64,000 nt of DNA from Hamiltosporidium tvaerminnensis FI-OER-3-3 (Eukaryota; Fungi; Microsporidia): assembly GCA_022605425.2 (NCBI GenBank), contig JAKIMF020000004.1:1483982-1547981 (forward strand), given 5' to 3'. Positions 28,200-42,650 of this stretch are shown one piece after another; the stretch's first letter is position 1, and the number at the start of each line of letters is the position of its first letter. The position numbers and the translations under genes are program-made. The notes below the pieces were generated by a model. It saw only the letters and a program-made list of their open reading frames with translations. It had not been told where the DNA came from and ran no database searches.

Positions 28200-28990
28200 T
28201 ATAGAACAACGTCACCCGTTAAAATTAAAACACATGTGTTACAGTGGTTTCATGACATTCATGGAGTTTAAAGTTTTACATATGTGACCGACCCTCCTTA
28301 CACTATCAATACACTTATGATAACTGCATTCAGAACCCTTTCTACAAACGCGTAGAACGAAATTATATGGGAAGGCAATTTAATAGAGTTCCTTAATATT
28401 CGTTGCAGGATTTAATCGAACGATCGAACCCCATACTAAGTTTCCCCAGCAGTTTCTCTATTCAAAATTACTCTACAATTTCCGTATCACAGCGTTACAG
28501 GCAAGATATATTACAGAAAAGTAGCTGAAGTCAACATATATAGGCAATGTCATACCACAGTAAATCTTATGTATCGTTTTACTAACTCAAAAATTGTTTA
28601 CCTTTATATTTCCCTTGCGTCAAGTCTTCTACCCTAATGTGACAAGCTAGAATTCCATTTTTTTGCTTAGAAATTACCTACAAGTTTAACAGCGGTCTAC
28701 AATCTGGTTCTATATAAAACAACTTAATAGATTTGTACAAAATCTATTTCGAAGACCGACTCTCCCTCTTAAAATCTCAAAAGAAACCGCATAAAATGTA
28801 GTGATGTTCTTTTCCAATAAAAAATAAGACTATAAGTTCACAAATCACATCATAAATCATTGTCAAATATTAGGTTTATATTGTGGTTATCCCCTTGCAC
28901 TATTGAATTAGCGAGTAGAAAATAGTTAACTTTACCACTATACAATTACCCACAAATCCAATCAAATTTATTAATCTCTGATTTATAAAT
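28200..28990. pseudogene. GC-enriched coding-like remnant, identity and strand uncertain
   Basis: One + frame at 28203-28637 runs ~145 codons with four internal stops (HVLQWFHDIHG...KITLQFPYHSVTGKIYYRKVAEVNIY). GC is clearly above the flanks. Confidence 0.35.
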
Positions 28991-31900
28991 AACCTTAAAT
29001 ATATTCGTTTTTTAAAATAACCCTCTTTATCAACATTGTTCAAATCATCTCTTCAGAATAATTTTTTTTTTAGTTGGAAAAATTAAACCTGTCAAATAGT
29101 TTATGATACAGAATGCTAACCAAATAAAAAAGAGTAGTAGGTTATATTCTAGGCAAACTATGATAAAGTTAATTCATGGGTATTTCTACATCATAACACG
29201 GTTTCCATCCATTACAAAATATCATTTTCATACAACAACTGAGAGCTTTTTTTAGTACATAATTGGCGCTTTATCTTAAAATATTTTTTATACTTTGCTT
29301 TCTTTCGCTATATAGCACTTAGCAATTCATAAGTTAATCGACGAATTTTCCGATTTTTTATTTTGCGATCAAATTTAAAAATTAAAAATCAAAAAATTAG
29401 GACAAAATTTAAAATAATGGAAAAATTCGTTTCAAAACTTAAGAGATTAAAAAATGATATGTTGCACAAAATAAAGAATGCGAGATTTTAATATTATTAA
29501 TATATTTTTAGAGCAAAAATATAAACTATAAAGCTAATAGTGTGAAATTACTAAGTTTTCTCGTATTAATTTCGACATTAAAGATATAAAAATAAAAAAA
29601 CAAAAGTAACTCTTTAAAACTGTATAATAAAAGACATAATATAGTTTGATTTTAAAAAATTGTAATATAGTGAAGAGATAATCCCTAAAATAAAGTATAT
29701 TGATCTTTTTGTTACTAGAAATGTAATGATGAGAAATAAGATGTAAGATATTTGTTTTCAAATTTTTTATTTTTTTTTATCTACATATAACTTCAAATTA
29801 AATATTTTAAAATTTTATAATTGTTAATCTCAAGTTTAACCTATTTCAAGGGTTTAATCTTACAAAAATCGTCTTTTTTTTAAAGTAATTTAATTCACAA
29901 TAATAAAATTGAAATTTAAAATTCTGGTCATAAATATGTTAAAATTTATCTAGATCCGTAGTAATAATTTGACTTGCCTAAATCTTCGATGTTCATATTA
30001 TATACAAATTGTGTAATATATTTGCAAAAAATCATATTTTAAGAGTTACGTGTTTTGCAAATTAATTTTATAGCATCATGCTAGATTTCTATTACTTTTA
30101 AAATAATATTTAACTCCATTATATGTTTTTTCTTTGAAAAATATATATTATATAATAATCAAACATTGATTTTATATTAATTTCAAGGTTTTAGAATTAA
30201 ATGTCGAAATAATTAACTATTCAATTTATATAATAAATATTTAACTTCTTTTTTGTGCGTTACAACCACAAAACATTATCAGTGTATAAATATTAAATTT
30301 TTAAGAGAAGGTCTTCTACTTTTAGAAATAGTATACAAGTTGGAGTGGTTTATCAACAAATATTATTAAGAGGCGTGTATATTTTTTAAAAATTTACCTT
30401 AAAAAACGATATTATATGTTTCGAAGAAAAAGACAATTATAGAAAAATTTTGAGCAAGAATTTTATATCTTTAAATAGGTTTTTTATTGTTTAAATCTAT
30501 ACATATAATTTTTATTTATGTACTTTACATTAAAATATGCTAATTTTTATACTTCGATATTTTTCTAAAAACACTCAAAACAAAACCTTTTTTTAATTAA
30601 AAGTATAAACAATAAAAATCGACTTTAAACCAAAATGTGAGAATTTCAATTTCTTGTCACATTTGCTGTTATAAAACCCTCAAAATGCTTCTAAGGGCAA
30701 AGTAATTATTACATAATCAATTCTGCGAGGAAAGTAAATTAAAAATTGAATTTCGACGTAAAATACTAAGAAATAAATCTTTCAAAATTTTAAATAAACT
30801 AATTAAGAAAAACAGAAGATTTATGTGCTTCTAAAAAATGAACAAGCAAATGTACGATTATTTGAGTTTTAATGTAATTCTATAGTATATTTTTCTTTAA
30901 GCAGATAATAAGATTTTAAAAAAATAAAAACTAAATATAAATCTAAAAAAAAATCTACAATTAGTCAAAACATAATTCCTAATTTTCGATTAATATATTA
31001 GATATGATATATATTTCTCAATGGTTTTTTGAATTTCTTTTACAGAGGTTATTCCCTATGGTTAATTCAAAAATTATGTTTACAAAAGATGTAGATTAAA
31101 AGATACAGTGAAAAAATTTGGTTTATTGGGTACTAATATAATAATTGGAATCACTTGCTTATTTTTATTTTTTCATCTTAAGATAATTTTTTATAAGCAG
31201 ATACAATGTTAAATTATTTTGTAATTTTGAAATGATATGAAAATGAATCACAAATGTGATATTTGTGCAAGGAATACTATACTCTTAATTAAAAAAGAAC
31301 AATTTGAATTTATTTAATTTCAAAATACGATATTTTTTGTTACAAACTAGATTTAAGAGAAAAAAAAAATTTAAAATCTTTTTGTTTTTTGCGCAAAATA
31401 ACGAGAAAGACAGATACAGCGATTTACGAACAAAAATGCGTTGAATCATACTTTATGATATATCATCTCTTTCTATTTGTGTTTAAGTTATTAAATCTAA
31501 TTTGTATTTGTGAAAGAAGATCTATTTTTTTAAAGTTTATGGTTAAAAAGAATACAACAAGTACATATCATATGTTTCCTATTAAAAGCCAAACTAATGG
31601 TTTGTTTGATAGATTATTACAGGTTATGCACTTGAATATAAATATATCTTAGTAATTCTTGAATACTGTACATACAAAAAAAATATCATTAAATTTTGAT
31701 TTGTTAATGTATAATTTTCAGAGTCTTTTAAAATCAAAATATTTGCAAATTATTTCATATATTTATACTAAAATAAAAATTTGTTATTAAATCAATAGAA
31801 GATCTTAAGATCTTTTTAACAAAAATGATTTTTAAGTATCATAAAGAAAAAACTTTCAAACATGTAGATTGTCTTTAGACGTAGTAGTTATTGGATTAAA

Positions 31901-33799
31901 CATAGTAAAAAAACTAATCTAGAAACCCTTGATTCGACTATTAAAAAATATATTAAAATATTTTTGAACAGTTTTTTTGTTATATTCTTTCTTTTAAAAA
32001 ATAAATTTTTATTAAAGTAGGTTTTCTCTATTGCTTTTTTAATTGCCCAAATCTTTCGCTTTATTAATCCATCGTTCATACAAATCAGAAATCTATTTAT
32101 CATTTGTATTTATAGCTCTAATTTTTAAAGACTATATAAATTAATGGTAAAAAATTTCTTATAATATATTTCTAGTTATAGTATATATAAGTCTAAAGTG
32201 ATCTTGAAATTGCAGGATTAAAAATGATTCTTAAGCTCTATTGTATTATGTCCATTTGTTTTTAAAATTAGTCTTAAGTTCTTCGAAATAAATATAAAGA
32301 ATTCAAAATTATAATTATCTAAATTCAGAGTATATTTATGTAGTAGCTGGATCTCAACAAAGTATATCTTATTGTAATTTATTTAATCCATCCTAAAATG
32401 AAAAATATAAAGTACAATCGTGAAAAACAAGAAAAAGATAAATTTAAAATCAAAGCAACAAATTATTTTTTTTATTTCGCTTAATATGCAGTATTGGATA
32501 TTAGCGAATGAGATTTGCGGCTTATTTTTTTAAGTAAATATCGAAAAAAATAATATATACTGTCAAACTGTATAAAATCTTTAAAAAAGCATAAGGTAGT
32601 ATTTAAAAAAGTTAAAATAGATGCTAAATTAGACAAAGATTTTTTATAATATTTTACAAATTTACATATTATATAGGTCCTTAGTAAATCAAGTCAGTAA
32701 TTAGATTAAGTTCTAAAATTAAAGATAAATTAATTCCTATATAATATAAGATATTTCGAAATGCCATCAAATGCAAAATTTACAAAACTAAGAATAATAA
32801 TATAATTTATGCGCTATTGGTTTTAATTTTTGATATATATACTTTTTTTTTCTGATATTTTTTCAGTTTAAAATTTAAATTACGTTAATTCAAAAATTTT
32901 TTTATACGATAAAAGGCTTTCGAGAGCATCTATTCATATTAAGATTTTGTTCGAATATTTTCAGAGTATATATATTAGTTTGTAGCATACATAGTAATTT
33001 AAAGAATAATTAAATATTAGGATTTTAGATATATTTTGCGATACACATAAAAGGTTCAGTAGTATGAAATGCCAACGTTAAATCGTTTAATATCTCCTAA
33101 AATTTTTATAAATGATAAAATCAAAATAAGGAAATAGTTTTAAAGTATAAATTGAAAGACAGTGGCTACCAGAGAGTTGCACAAATACAATCCAGAACTT
33201 TGTAAAAATCGGCATAGAAAATGGCTCAGTATCTATAATAGCTCATGTATTTGCTTTACTATTAAAATATACTATTTATAAACCATGCTATATTAGGATT
33301 TGCCTAAAAATTATCGAATTTTGGAGACTTTAAAGCCATACAATATTGCAAAAAAAATAGTCTAGAATTGAAGTTATACAAATTTTTATCTTAAGTTATC
33401 AAATAGGAAAAAATAAAATATTTGATCTCTATATACATAAATTTCCGGCTTTTTTTTAAAAAAAAAAATATAGTGGAATTGTAAATAAATTGTTTCAAGC
33501 AACTCTAAAAATGCACATGAAGAAAAGTAGTTTTAAGTTGTTCCCTATTTTTGTACAAATTAGCACAATTTTTTTTTTAAGAATTTAAAACAAATTTTTT
33601 TTACAATCATATAGATTACAAGAAACCCAAAATTTTGTACTATTTCGGATAATTTAAAAATGAAACTCAAATTTTACATATAAAAAGTTTTTCAAATTTT
33701 CAAAAAATGAAGATAAGATAGCTACAGTTAAAACAATTAGCTAGCAAATTATCAATTTATCCTTTGTATGAAATCAATATTTAGATTTTGACTGAAAAA

Positions 33800-34400
33800 T
33801 ACCTTTACTTTTTCGGGTGATTCATTAAGTTTGTAGAAAGAATGTTGGCCAACAGTTTGCTCGTGTTTATTAACTAAGTCTATAATTTTTTATACAATAA
33901 ATTGTTACTGCTGTAAAGTATATAGGTCTTTTTAAGTTTAATTACAAAACCTAGCTTTGCTTATCTTGATTAAAAACTTGCTGATATGAGATAGATTAAC
34001 GCAAACATTTGAACTAGGAAATCGATCTGACTGTTAACCGTAAAAAAAGATTTTAGTGTTCTATATGGTTCTCCTTTAAGCTTAAGTTATATTTTAGCGA
34101 AAGCCTTTCGAGCCCTATAATTGTAGAATAAGCAGGAATAGAGCGTAAATATTGACTGAAAAAGCGGGATTTGACCTTACTCATACTCGATGCAATAGAT
34201 TCAAACTATATAGAAAGCTTTACAAGCTTATTGAATTTTTTCGTATTCACTTTGTATAAGTGTCTAGGATAATTAAGTTCGAAAGAGGTACATAAGAACT
34301 GATAAGTAAAATTCTATGTAAAAACTAGACGTTTTTTGATGCTTGAAATAATATATAACATTTGAGTTTGTTTTAAAAGGATTAATATTTTTTTTAATGA
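33800..34400 (+). pseudogene. Gene remnant, unknown product
   Basis: Fragments such as LKKRDLTLLILDAIDSNYIESFTSLLNFF; raised GC. Confidence 0.25.
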
Positions 34401-35229
34401 AAATACTGCAAATGAACTCGATAAATTTTTATAATGCTTTATTCGCAGATGTTAAATCATTGAATATATAATTCAAGATTTTTACTAATTAAATTCTATA
34501 GAAAAGATTATTTACATAATTTAAAGAAAATAATTAGAAAGATAATATAAAGAATATGGGTAAAAAATGTTTTTATTTGATGAAACTTAAATAGTTTTAA
34601 AGATCAAAATCATAATCAAATATCTGCGAATAAACAATTTTTTCTAATCAAATTTCTATTTAATATATAAAAAATGTCATAATAATTTTTCTTTGCCTTG
34701 AATTATTCTAAAATATGTTTTTATTTATATTCCGAAATATTTATTAGAACGTTATAAATTTAAAACTTATTACAAATACAATTTAAATTCCTCATCAGAC
34801 TAAAATTACATAATTTAAAATATGTATGATTTAAGTCTTAGTAAAAGTTATTTTAAATATATTATACATTTCGTTGGAAGTTTTTCGTGTGTTTTAGAAA
34901 TAAATTGATGTATTAAAAGATAGAAATCTTGTAATATAAAGAATAAATTGATTTAACATACAAATCTTTATTGAAGAAGCTTAATTTTTAAATTGAAGAA
35001 TTCTATATCTATTTAAAGCAAACCTACTAAAATGATGTTTCAATAATACTACAGTGTTTAATTCTAAAAACAAAAAAATATGTACAAGAAATTTAAACAA
35101 TCCGTACTACTTATAAAATATAAATAGATTAGCAGTAGCATTAAATTTAATAAAGTTTTACGTCTTAACAATTTTCTTTGTTATAAATTTTTTTTAATTT
35201 CTACCCTTATGTTCTGAAATCAAAATATT

Positions 35230-36200
35230 TTTTCCTCCAGAAAAATTGAGATGAGGAAAGATTCAAAAAATATGAATATGAATAAAAAAAAAGAGTGAAA
35301 TGGCGCCAACGCTGAGTATATTTAATGTGCACAACTTTTCTTTTCATCCCAAGGAATTGCAGAAAAAATGAATTTGTTTTTGAAATTGCTTTCGGTTATA
35401 GATATGATATATGACAGGGTAACATTATGACGCTTTTGGATATTTGGCACAACGCCCTGAAAGTTTATGAATCAGATGATTGGTTGCTATAAATTGATTC
35501 CAGATTTTCGTATTTTTGAAATAATTTTTAAAAAGAAAAGGTTTTAAATTTAATTGTATCCTTTCCTTGTGCTTTAAACAAAAATTCTAGTATTTTGAGG
35601 CGGGGAGAAGTGAAAAAGAAGCACAAGAGGCAGTAAGGGATTTAATGTCTATTGTTTATTTAATCTGCTATATTTAAGATCTGTGAAGAATATTCTGATG
35701 TTCATGAACAATTTTGAGTGTATATGAACCGTAGACATTAAAAGTTTCTATCTTGGCTAAAATCCAGAACAATTTGAAAATTTATATTTTTGTTTAAATT
35801 AGAACAAATGAAAAGCTCTTGTGTTGTTTTTTTGAAAGTTTATATGTTCAACTACAATATCTTTGAAAAAATATTTTTTGTGTCAGATGAAGTAGAAATA
35901 TATATAACTTTTGATATATTTTGCTACATTTATAGTGTTTGTTGCAACAAAGTGCGAAAATCAAATGTTTCAAATTGGAATCGTAGATGCTTTGATGATA
36001 TATTTAAAATATCATAGCTATGTAATCTCAGAATTTTTTTAGATTCTAAGAATTATTTGCAGAAGAAGAAGAAATGTAGGTTAAGTTTTTAAGTAGGAGA
36101 TATTTGAATAGGGTTAATGATATGCAAGAAAACTTTAATAGAAAAAAATTTTAAATTAGTGTATTACCTAGTGAATGCTTTTTATAGAAAATGTTTGTAT
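35230..36200 (+). pseudogene. Decayed gene, possibly of the secreted family
   Basis: Fragments CYKLIPDFRIFEIIFK (compare LIFPELNLFFESFK and NIPSFYEFMLFK), EAGRSEKEAQEAVRDLMSIVYLI, and ORF 35790-36017. Confidence 0.4.
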
Positions 36201-37879
36201 TTTTTTAAAATAAATTTCCACTCTTCCTAGTTGTATTAAGTATATCTTTTGTTATTCAGGCACTTCTAATTAAAAATAATATCTTCTTTTAAATTTGCTT
36301 CACCCATATTTTTTGGTTCAAACTCTAGGACTTTATATGTTAGTATATTTTGTAAATTATAACAAAATTTAATTGAAACCTATGTATATCCTAAGTCTTA
36401 AATTGGATTCCGCTCTTTTTTAAAATATTATTTCATTTGTTATAAACATAGGCTAAAATTTCGACGAAAAAAAATATAATTAATCTTTATAGTACAAGTA
36501 AGTATTTTTTAATTTATATATATATGTAATACGTTTCTAGTAGAGTATATATTAAGAAAGTAAATTATAAATTATTTTATGATTAATATATAAAAGATTT
36601 TCAAAAATTAGATAGAAAATAGTACAAAATTAATATTCTACGAAGTCTTACTTTATTGCAAGGAAGTGTAATATATATTTCAGTCGTAAATAAAACGAAA
36701 GTATTTTTGCTATTAATCCAGTAAATAAATTATCATAGCATAATATATTGTATTGTGTTTTAAAATAGCAAGCCAGAAAAAATCAAACTAAATTAGTTCC
36801 TAAGAAAAAAACGATAATTGATACGAAACAAATGTTTTATTACTTTTAAATAAATTAAAGAACTTACTCCCATAAAAAGAGATTTTATTTTTAAATTTTT
36901 AAAATTTCAAGTACAGCTTTTTATATTCTTTTAGAATTTATCTAACTAAATTTAATTAATTTAAAAATAATGAGGAAAAAAATGTTTAAATGTAAGGAAT
37001 AAATTAAAATCAAAAGCCAATGAGGTTAATATTTTAAAACGAATGAAAAACCTAAGTCAGTAAATATTATTATAACTTTTTCTAGGTAATTTTACAAGTT
37101 TGTTAAATTTCAGCGTTTGTATATTTTTTGCTTTAATTTTTTAAAATTTTTAAAAGTCTTTAAACCGAGAAATAATTTAATCTAGATTTATTTTGCAAAT
37201 CTTTTATTAAATTGTTGTAAATTCGTTTGATACATCGCAACAAAAGAATACTTTTATTTTTGAAAGTAAAATTTGTTGTAAATAACAAGGTAATATGTAG
37301 AAACTTGACATAGGAAGTTTGTTATATACATATAAAATATTCAAGAAGTAAAAAAATTAATAAATGTTTCTTATTTTAGATACATAAGAGTAGTAAGATT
37401 ATATAATCATAGAGAAAATGTTTAATGGCTGTGAAAAAAATGCTTAAAAATGTATTTGACTGTTTAATGTAGAATAAATATTTTTAGGTTCAAAAAAAAA
37501 AAACTTTAATTTTCCGAAATTAATAAGAAATTATAATCACATAATTAATTAAATTGCATTGTAATTAAGTCTTCCTACATATATTAGTACTTAGAAAATG
37601 AAAGATATAGGCCATATTTAAAGTATATGTTGATATAAATCGTAAATTGCCCTAGACAATTTTTTTTAAGTTTATAAAGCGACATTATCTAAAATACAAG
37701 AGGTCTTAATGCATTTATCTCCAAAATCAAATATTGCTCGATAATAAATTTTTTTTTGTAAGTGTTCTTTCATAGCTTTTGCATATACGTGAGCATGTAA
37801 AAAGTATTGTAAGTAACTATCCAAACAGGTTACTATGCCTCATTTATAACAGACTCTTTAACTTCAGCTAGTGAAATGT

Positions 37880-38650
37880 TAGGGCGAAACATTCATTCTA
37901 AAAGTAAAAAAAACATTTCAAAAGATATGTACAAAATGCGTGATAAGTACAGCGTGGAGGAGAGTATAGAGACCACATAGCAAGCTTTAAATTTTAGAAA
38001 AAAGAGGTAATGATATGTACATAAAATTTCTATTAAGTTTCTCAATACGAGATGACATACTGTGTTTGAAGTCTTTTTATGTAAAAATGCTTTGATTTTA
38101 TACTTTCCTTAAAAACATTCTATCATTAGCCAATATTGTTTCGTCATCGAGCTTATTGCATTAGTGTTACTGTAAAACAGGTATATAGGATGATATGATT
38201 ATATATAACCATTTTAAAAAGTAAATTATTTACTCATTTTAGTAAATTCGACTTTTTTACGAGATCGAACGAGTTATTTGTTTACCACACTTTTAATTTA
38301 TGTCTTAACTTATGCAAATAATTTTAATAGTCCTTTAACAAACCATATCAGCTTAGATAGTATAACAAAAAGTATACTAAGCAGCAAATATCAAAGTAAT
38401 GAAATCGATCAGTATTTGTGGCATGTGTTTTAGGGGTTCTACATTAGTATGGCAAAAATTGTTATATACAAGCATCCGGATTATAAGTTAACTAAGAATA
38501 GTCACTCTCTATCTCATAGATAGTAAGAGTATAACTGTAGAAGAGGCCACGGTTCAAAAACTGCAGCTATTTTTCTAGGTTTCCATTTTTTTAACCAATT
38601 GCATATATTAACACAATACAATGATGAATCTTTACATCTTTATGATATAT
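37880..38650 (-). pseudogene. More diverged third copy (C) of the LRR-like pseudogene
   Basis: gatagtaagagtataactgtagaagaggccac (~38519) matches gatagtcttagcttacttgtagaagatgccac (~25332) and gatagtcctaagtcacttttaaaagatgccac (~47262) without indels. Weaker matches lie upstream. Confidence 0.4.
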
Positions 38651-38911
38651 ATTAACTTTCTAAACTTTAAGAAAGAAGCTAAAATATATTGTAAAAAAAT
38701 AGAAAACCTTAAAAATCATTTTTTGTCTCTTTGAAAAAAACCTCGCCTATAAGAACAACATGAACATCTCCATGACTTTGAGTTCATGATATTTCTATAA
38801 TCAAATACTTTTTTTTTATATATCCCGAAATTTCATTTACATATGTCATAGCTTAATAAAAAAAATATAAAATCATTTTAAATACTAAAAATCATAAAAT
38901 TTTTGTTTAAA

Positions 38912-39162
38912 GATATTCTCTCTTGTAATATCTATTATAGATACATTAAAAATAATACACTTCTGATATTATTTTCGAGAATTGCCCTCTGCGACATTTA
39001 AGTAACGATGATGCTACTATTCTCTTCGAGAATATCTATTATATTTACACTTTTTTTAGAGACACTTTTCATATTTTTTGAGAATATCTATTGTAGAAAC
39101 ATTAGAAAAACTACACTTTTGATATTATTTTCTAGAATATTTATTCTATACACGTTAAAAAA
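38912..39162. repeat. Minisatellite, ~5 copies of a ~51-54 bp unit (GATATTATTTTCGAGAATATCTATTATAGATACATTA...ACACTTTT)
   Basis: Units start near 38912, 38965, 39016, 39070 and 39121. Confidence 0.8.
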
Positions 39163-41159
39163 TTAAAAAGATTTTAGAAAAATTTAGTATATGGTTTTCA
39201 AAAAGTATCAAGTCAAGAAATCATATTTTATTGAAAAAGAAACATCCTCGGGCATAAAGAAATGCTTTAAGTTAGCAAATACCCATACTCCGCTTATAAT
39301 TGGTATCTAAAAAGTAAAATCAATTATTTATTCATTTTTTGTATGTATAACTTATTCTCTTTCGATTAAAGGATAAATAATAATATTAACTCACTAAATG
39401 TAGAAATATTATACACTTTTTATATATTACTTGTTTCTCTTTCTTTTATTCGAACCGAAACCTAAGGAAACTAAAGTTCTCTTGATATTTTTTTAAATCG
39501 TACTATATTAATAGTTGATCATCAAAACAATATAGTACAAAAAAATTTCGTACATTTTCTTACAGAAAAAGGTAAAAATTTAAAGCAAATGAAACTTTTT
39601 AAATCAAAACATGCAAAACTAAATTAAATTTTTTATAAAAGAAAACTACTTATTTGTGTAATCTAAAGTCCAATTGTAACAATATTTTTCAAGTAAAAGA
39701 AATTTCGGGATTTGTATACATATATTAAGTTGTTAAAACTAGATCTAAGTAAAATTTATAAAATATTAAAGATTTAAAAAGTCATGCCATTTTTAGGTAA
39801 ATTTATCCTACTTATAAAATTATAAGTTTTCAAATTTTACTAAAGTCAAAAAATGATTTTTGTTAATTTTCTTACTTTACGAATTATAACTTACTTAATT
39901 TCCTTAAGCTGAAAGCTTTCAGTTATTTTAATATATATCTAAAAGAATAATAAACAAATAAAGTAATTTTATTTAAACAACAAACAACTTTATATCAGTT
40001 AAAACTTAATACCATTACTCTCAGCTAAGATTATAAAATTAAGATATCTTAAGTTTAAAGGAAGATAACTTTAGGCACAAATATTTGTTTTGACTTTTCT
40101 ATTTCTATGTTAAGAATTTATAATTCAACTTATATTAACAGGAAAAATCAATCTTAATAAAAAGTATACAATAAGTATTGTTCCAAATTTGAATAAGTTA
40201 AAATATATTAAACCAATATTTAATCATCCTAATCTGCATTTTAAAAATAATTCAAAAATTTTTACTACTGAAAAAAGAATGTAATATCTAAGAATGTTAA
40301 AAAAAATTAGTGTGCAAAAATATTTTGTCTAGGTTTTTCTTAGAATTTACTTGCTAAAATATAATTCTAGCCTGGAAAAGATAAAATAATACATAACATA
40401 TACTAAAATAATACATAAAATAAAAAATTTATTATAAATTAAACAAGATTTAAGGTTTAATACTTTTACTAGGGCAAGTATTTAAATTACGAAATAATTC
40501 GTAAAATTAATAATTTGTTTAAAAATCTTCATATTTTTGTGAAAACTAAAAATTGTACATTTGTTATAGAGTTCAAAACAAAAATTTCTTATTAATATAT
40601 TAAAAAAAACTTTGACCTATGCCGATCAGTAAAAAAGTTGTTAAAATTAAAATCAAATCTTAAATTGTAAAGATTTTACAAATAAAAAATTTGAAAAAAA
40701 TTAAAAAATTAAAAAAATAAAAATTTAAAAAGGTGTAAAAAAACGTGAAAAAACAGCTAAATTTAAGAGAAAACTTAAAAAACAGAAAAGGAAACGGTAA
40801 AAACATATAAAAAACTTAAAAAAATTGTAAGTATATGTAAAAAGATATAACAAACTTTAGAAAATAAAAAATTCTTGTAAATTAGTACAAATCTTTCCAA
40901 AAAATTTTAAAAAAGTTAAAAAACAAAATAAAAAATTCATAAACAATAAAATCTTATGTTAAAAAGTACAAATTAAAAAGACATTAATTGTATTAAGCAT
41001 TCTAAAAACTTATATAAGATTAAACTTCGCAAACACACTACATCAGTCCTATAAAATCTAAAATTGATATCAAAAAACAAAAAAAAAAACCGCCTAAAGT
41101 ATAAAAAATAAAGAAGTATTGAAAAGTACCACCTAAATTAAAATACTAAAAAATTCTAA

Positions 41160-42650
41160 GAAAGCAATTGAACGCTTGAAAGAAATAGAAAAAAACTGCA
41201 AAAAGTGAGATATTGCACAATGACTCCAAGTGAATTTGAAGAGATAATATAAGCTATACTAACTTTTAAAAAGAGTTTAAAACCTTCGGTTTGAGATATA
41301 AATCTAGAACGTTTTTTAAATAAAGTATATTTATATAGAAAATCTTATAAGAATGAAAAATCAATTGCTTTTTTAGAATATAATAACGCATAAAAAAAAT
41401 ATATAAGTATAAAATTAGGCTAAGTGTATCTTCTTTTACTTAAATATTGTAAAGTCTATAAAACAAGATATATAGGATTTCAGAAAGTCAAAGTGAGCCA
41501 TTGACCCAAATTAAAAAGAAGCTTTAAATGTAGATTCAAATTAGGAAAACTGGGTAACCTAATACCGAGGAAAAATAACAATTAAATAAATAAATATATT
41601 TTTTGCATTAACTGTTCAATACTTATAAGTTTTAGATGCAATATTAAAAAAAACAATTACATTGTAAAAGCGTAAAGTCTATTAAAATATTTTATTTTGC
41701 CGATTTCAGGAAAAAAATTTTATTTTACAACCCATTAGGCTTAAGCGAAGAATGTCAAGAATGCTCTCAAAAATGAAAAAAAAAACCATAGTTTTGAATA
41801 TAAGAATTATTTAACAACAAAAATTGTTTTCTACCTTTAAAAAAAATATTGATATACCTAAATATTTAAATCGAGGTTTTTGAAACGAGAAAATCGAATA
41901 ATTTTAGAACAATATTTGTAGTCATTTAGAAACAAAGCTTAAGTGTCCCATATGTACTTGATATGGTTCAAAGTTTCTATAGCGACTAAATAGATAATAT
42001 TAAAATCGAGTAAAAACTGTTAATAACACCAGAAAGGGTTCAAACCAAAATAGATTAAACTTACCTTAAAAGCAATAAAAACCATATACAAAAAAATGTA
42101 ACATAAAGTAAAAGAAATATAAAAGTATTTAAAAGCAGGAATTAAGCTACTTAAACAATGAGGTATAAAAAATTTCAAGGTAAAAAATAATCATAATATT
42201 GGCTCAGCTTTAAAGGTAAGTATAAAGTAAAAAACCTACTCGAAAAGTAAATATAAAAGATAGTAGAAAGGAAATAAAATAATTAAAACTTGGCTTATTT
42301 AAATGTAATTTGAGTTCTCACATGGTTTTGCTAAAGCAATTATGTCAGTATGGCAAAGTACTAACACTACAAAAAGGGGATTTCGGATTTGATCACTGCC
42401 AAAATTTAAGCTTCCTTTTGATATATAAAGATATTTTAGCAAACAAATAGAAATGAACATGAGGACAGAATTTCTTTAAAAAAATAAATTAACAGGATTA
42501 AGTAGTAAAAAAAATGTTTCTTCTGGAAAAAATAACCTGTCTGGTCTTAATCTTCAAACACAATGAAAATCTCATTCTCAGACTTTGAATAACCCTCACT
42601 CCTATTTAAAGAAATCAATATGTACATCAAAACACATGATCTTATATTTT
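41160..42650 (+). pseudogene. Decayed gene preceded by an A-rich tract
   Basis: Frame KVRYCTMTPSEFEEII*AILTFKKSLKPSV*DINLERFLNKVYLY. CxxC fragments EECQECSQK and KLKCPICT lie downstream. Confidence 0.3.

Noticed and set aside
28210-28220. SSU rRNA-like string (reverse complement AACGGGTGACG)
   Set aside because: Only 11 nt; the flanks do not continue as rRNA.
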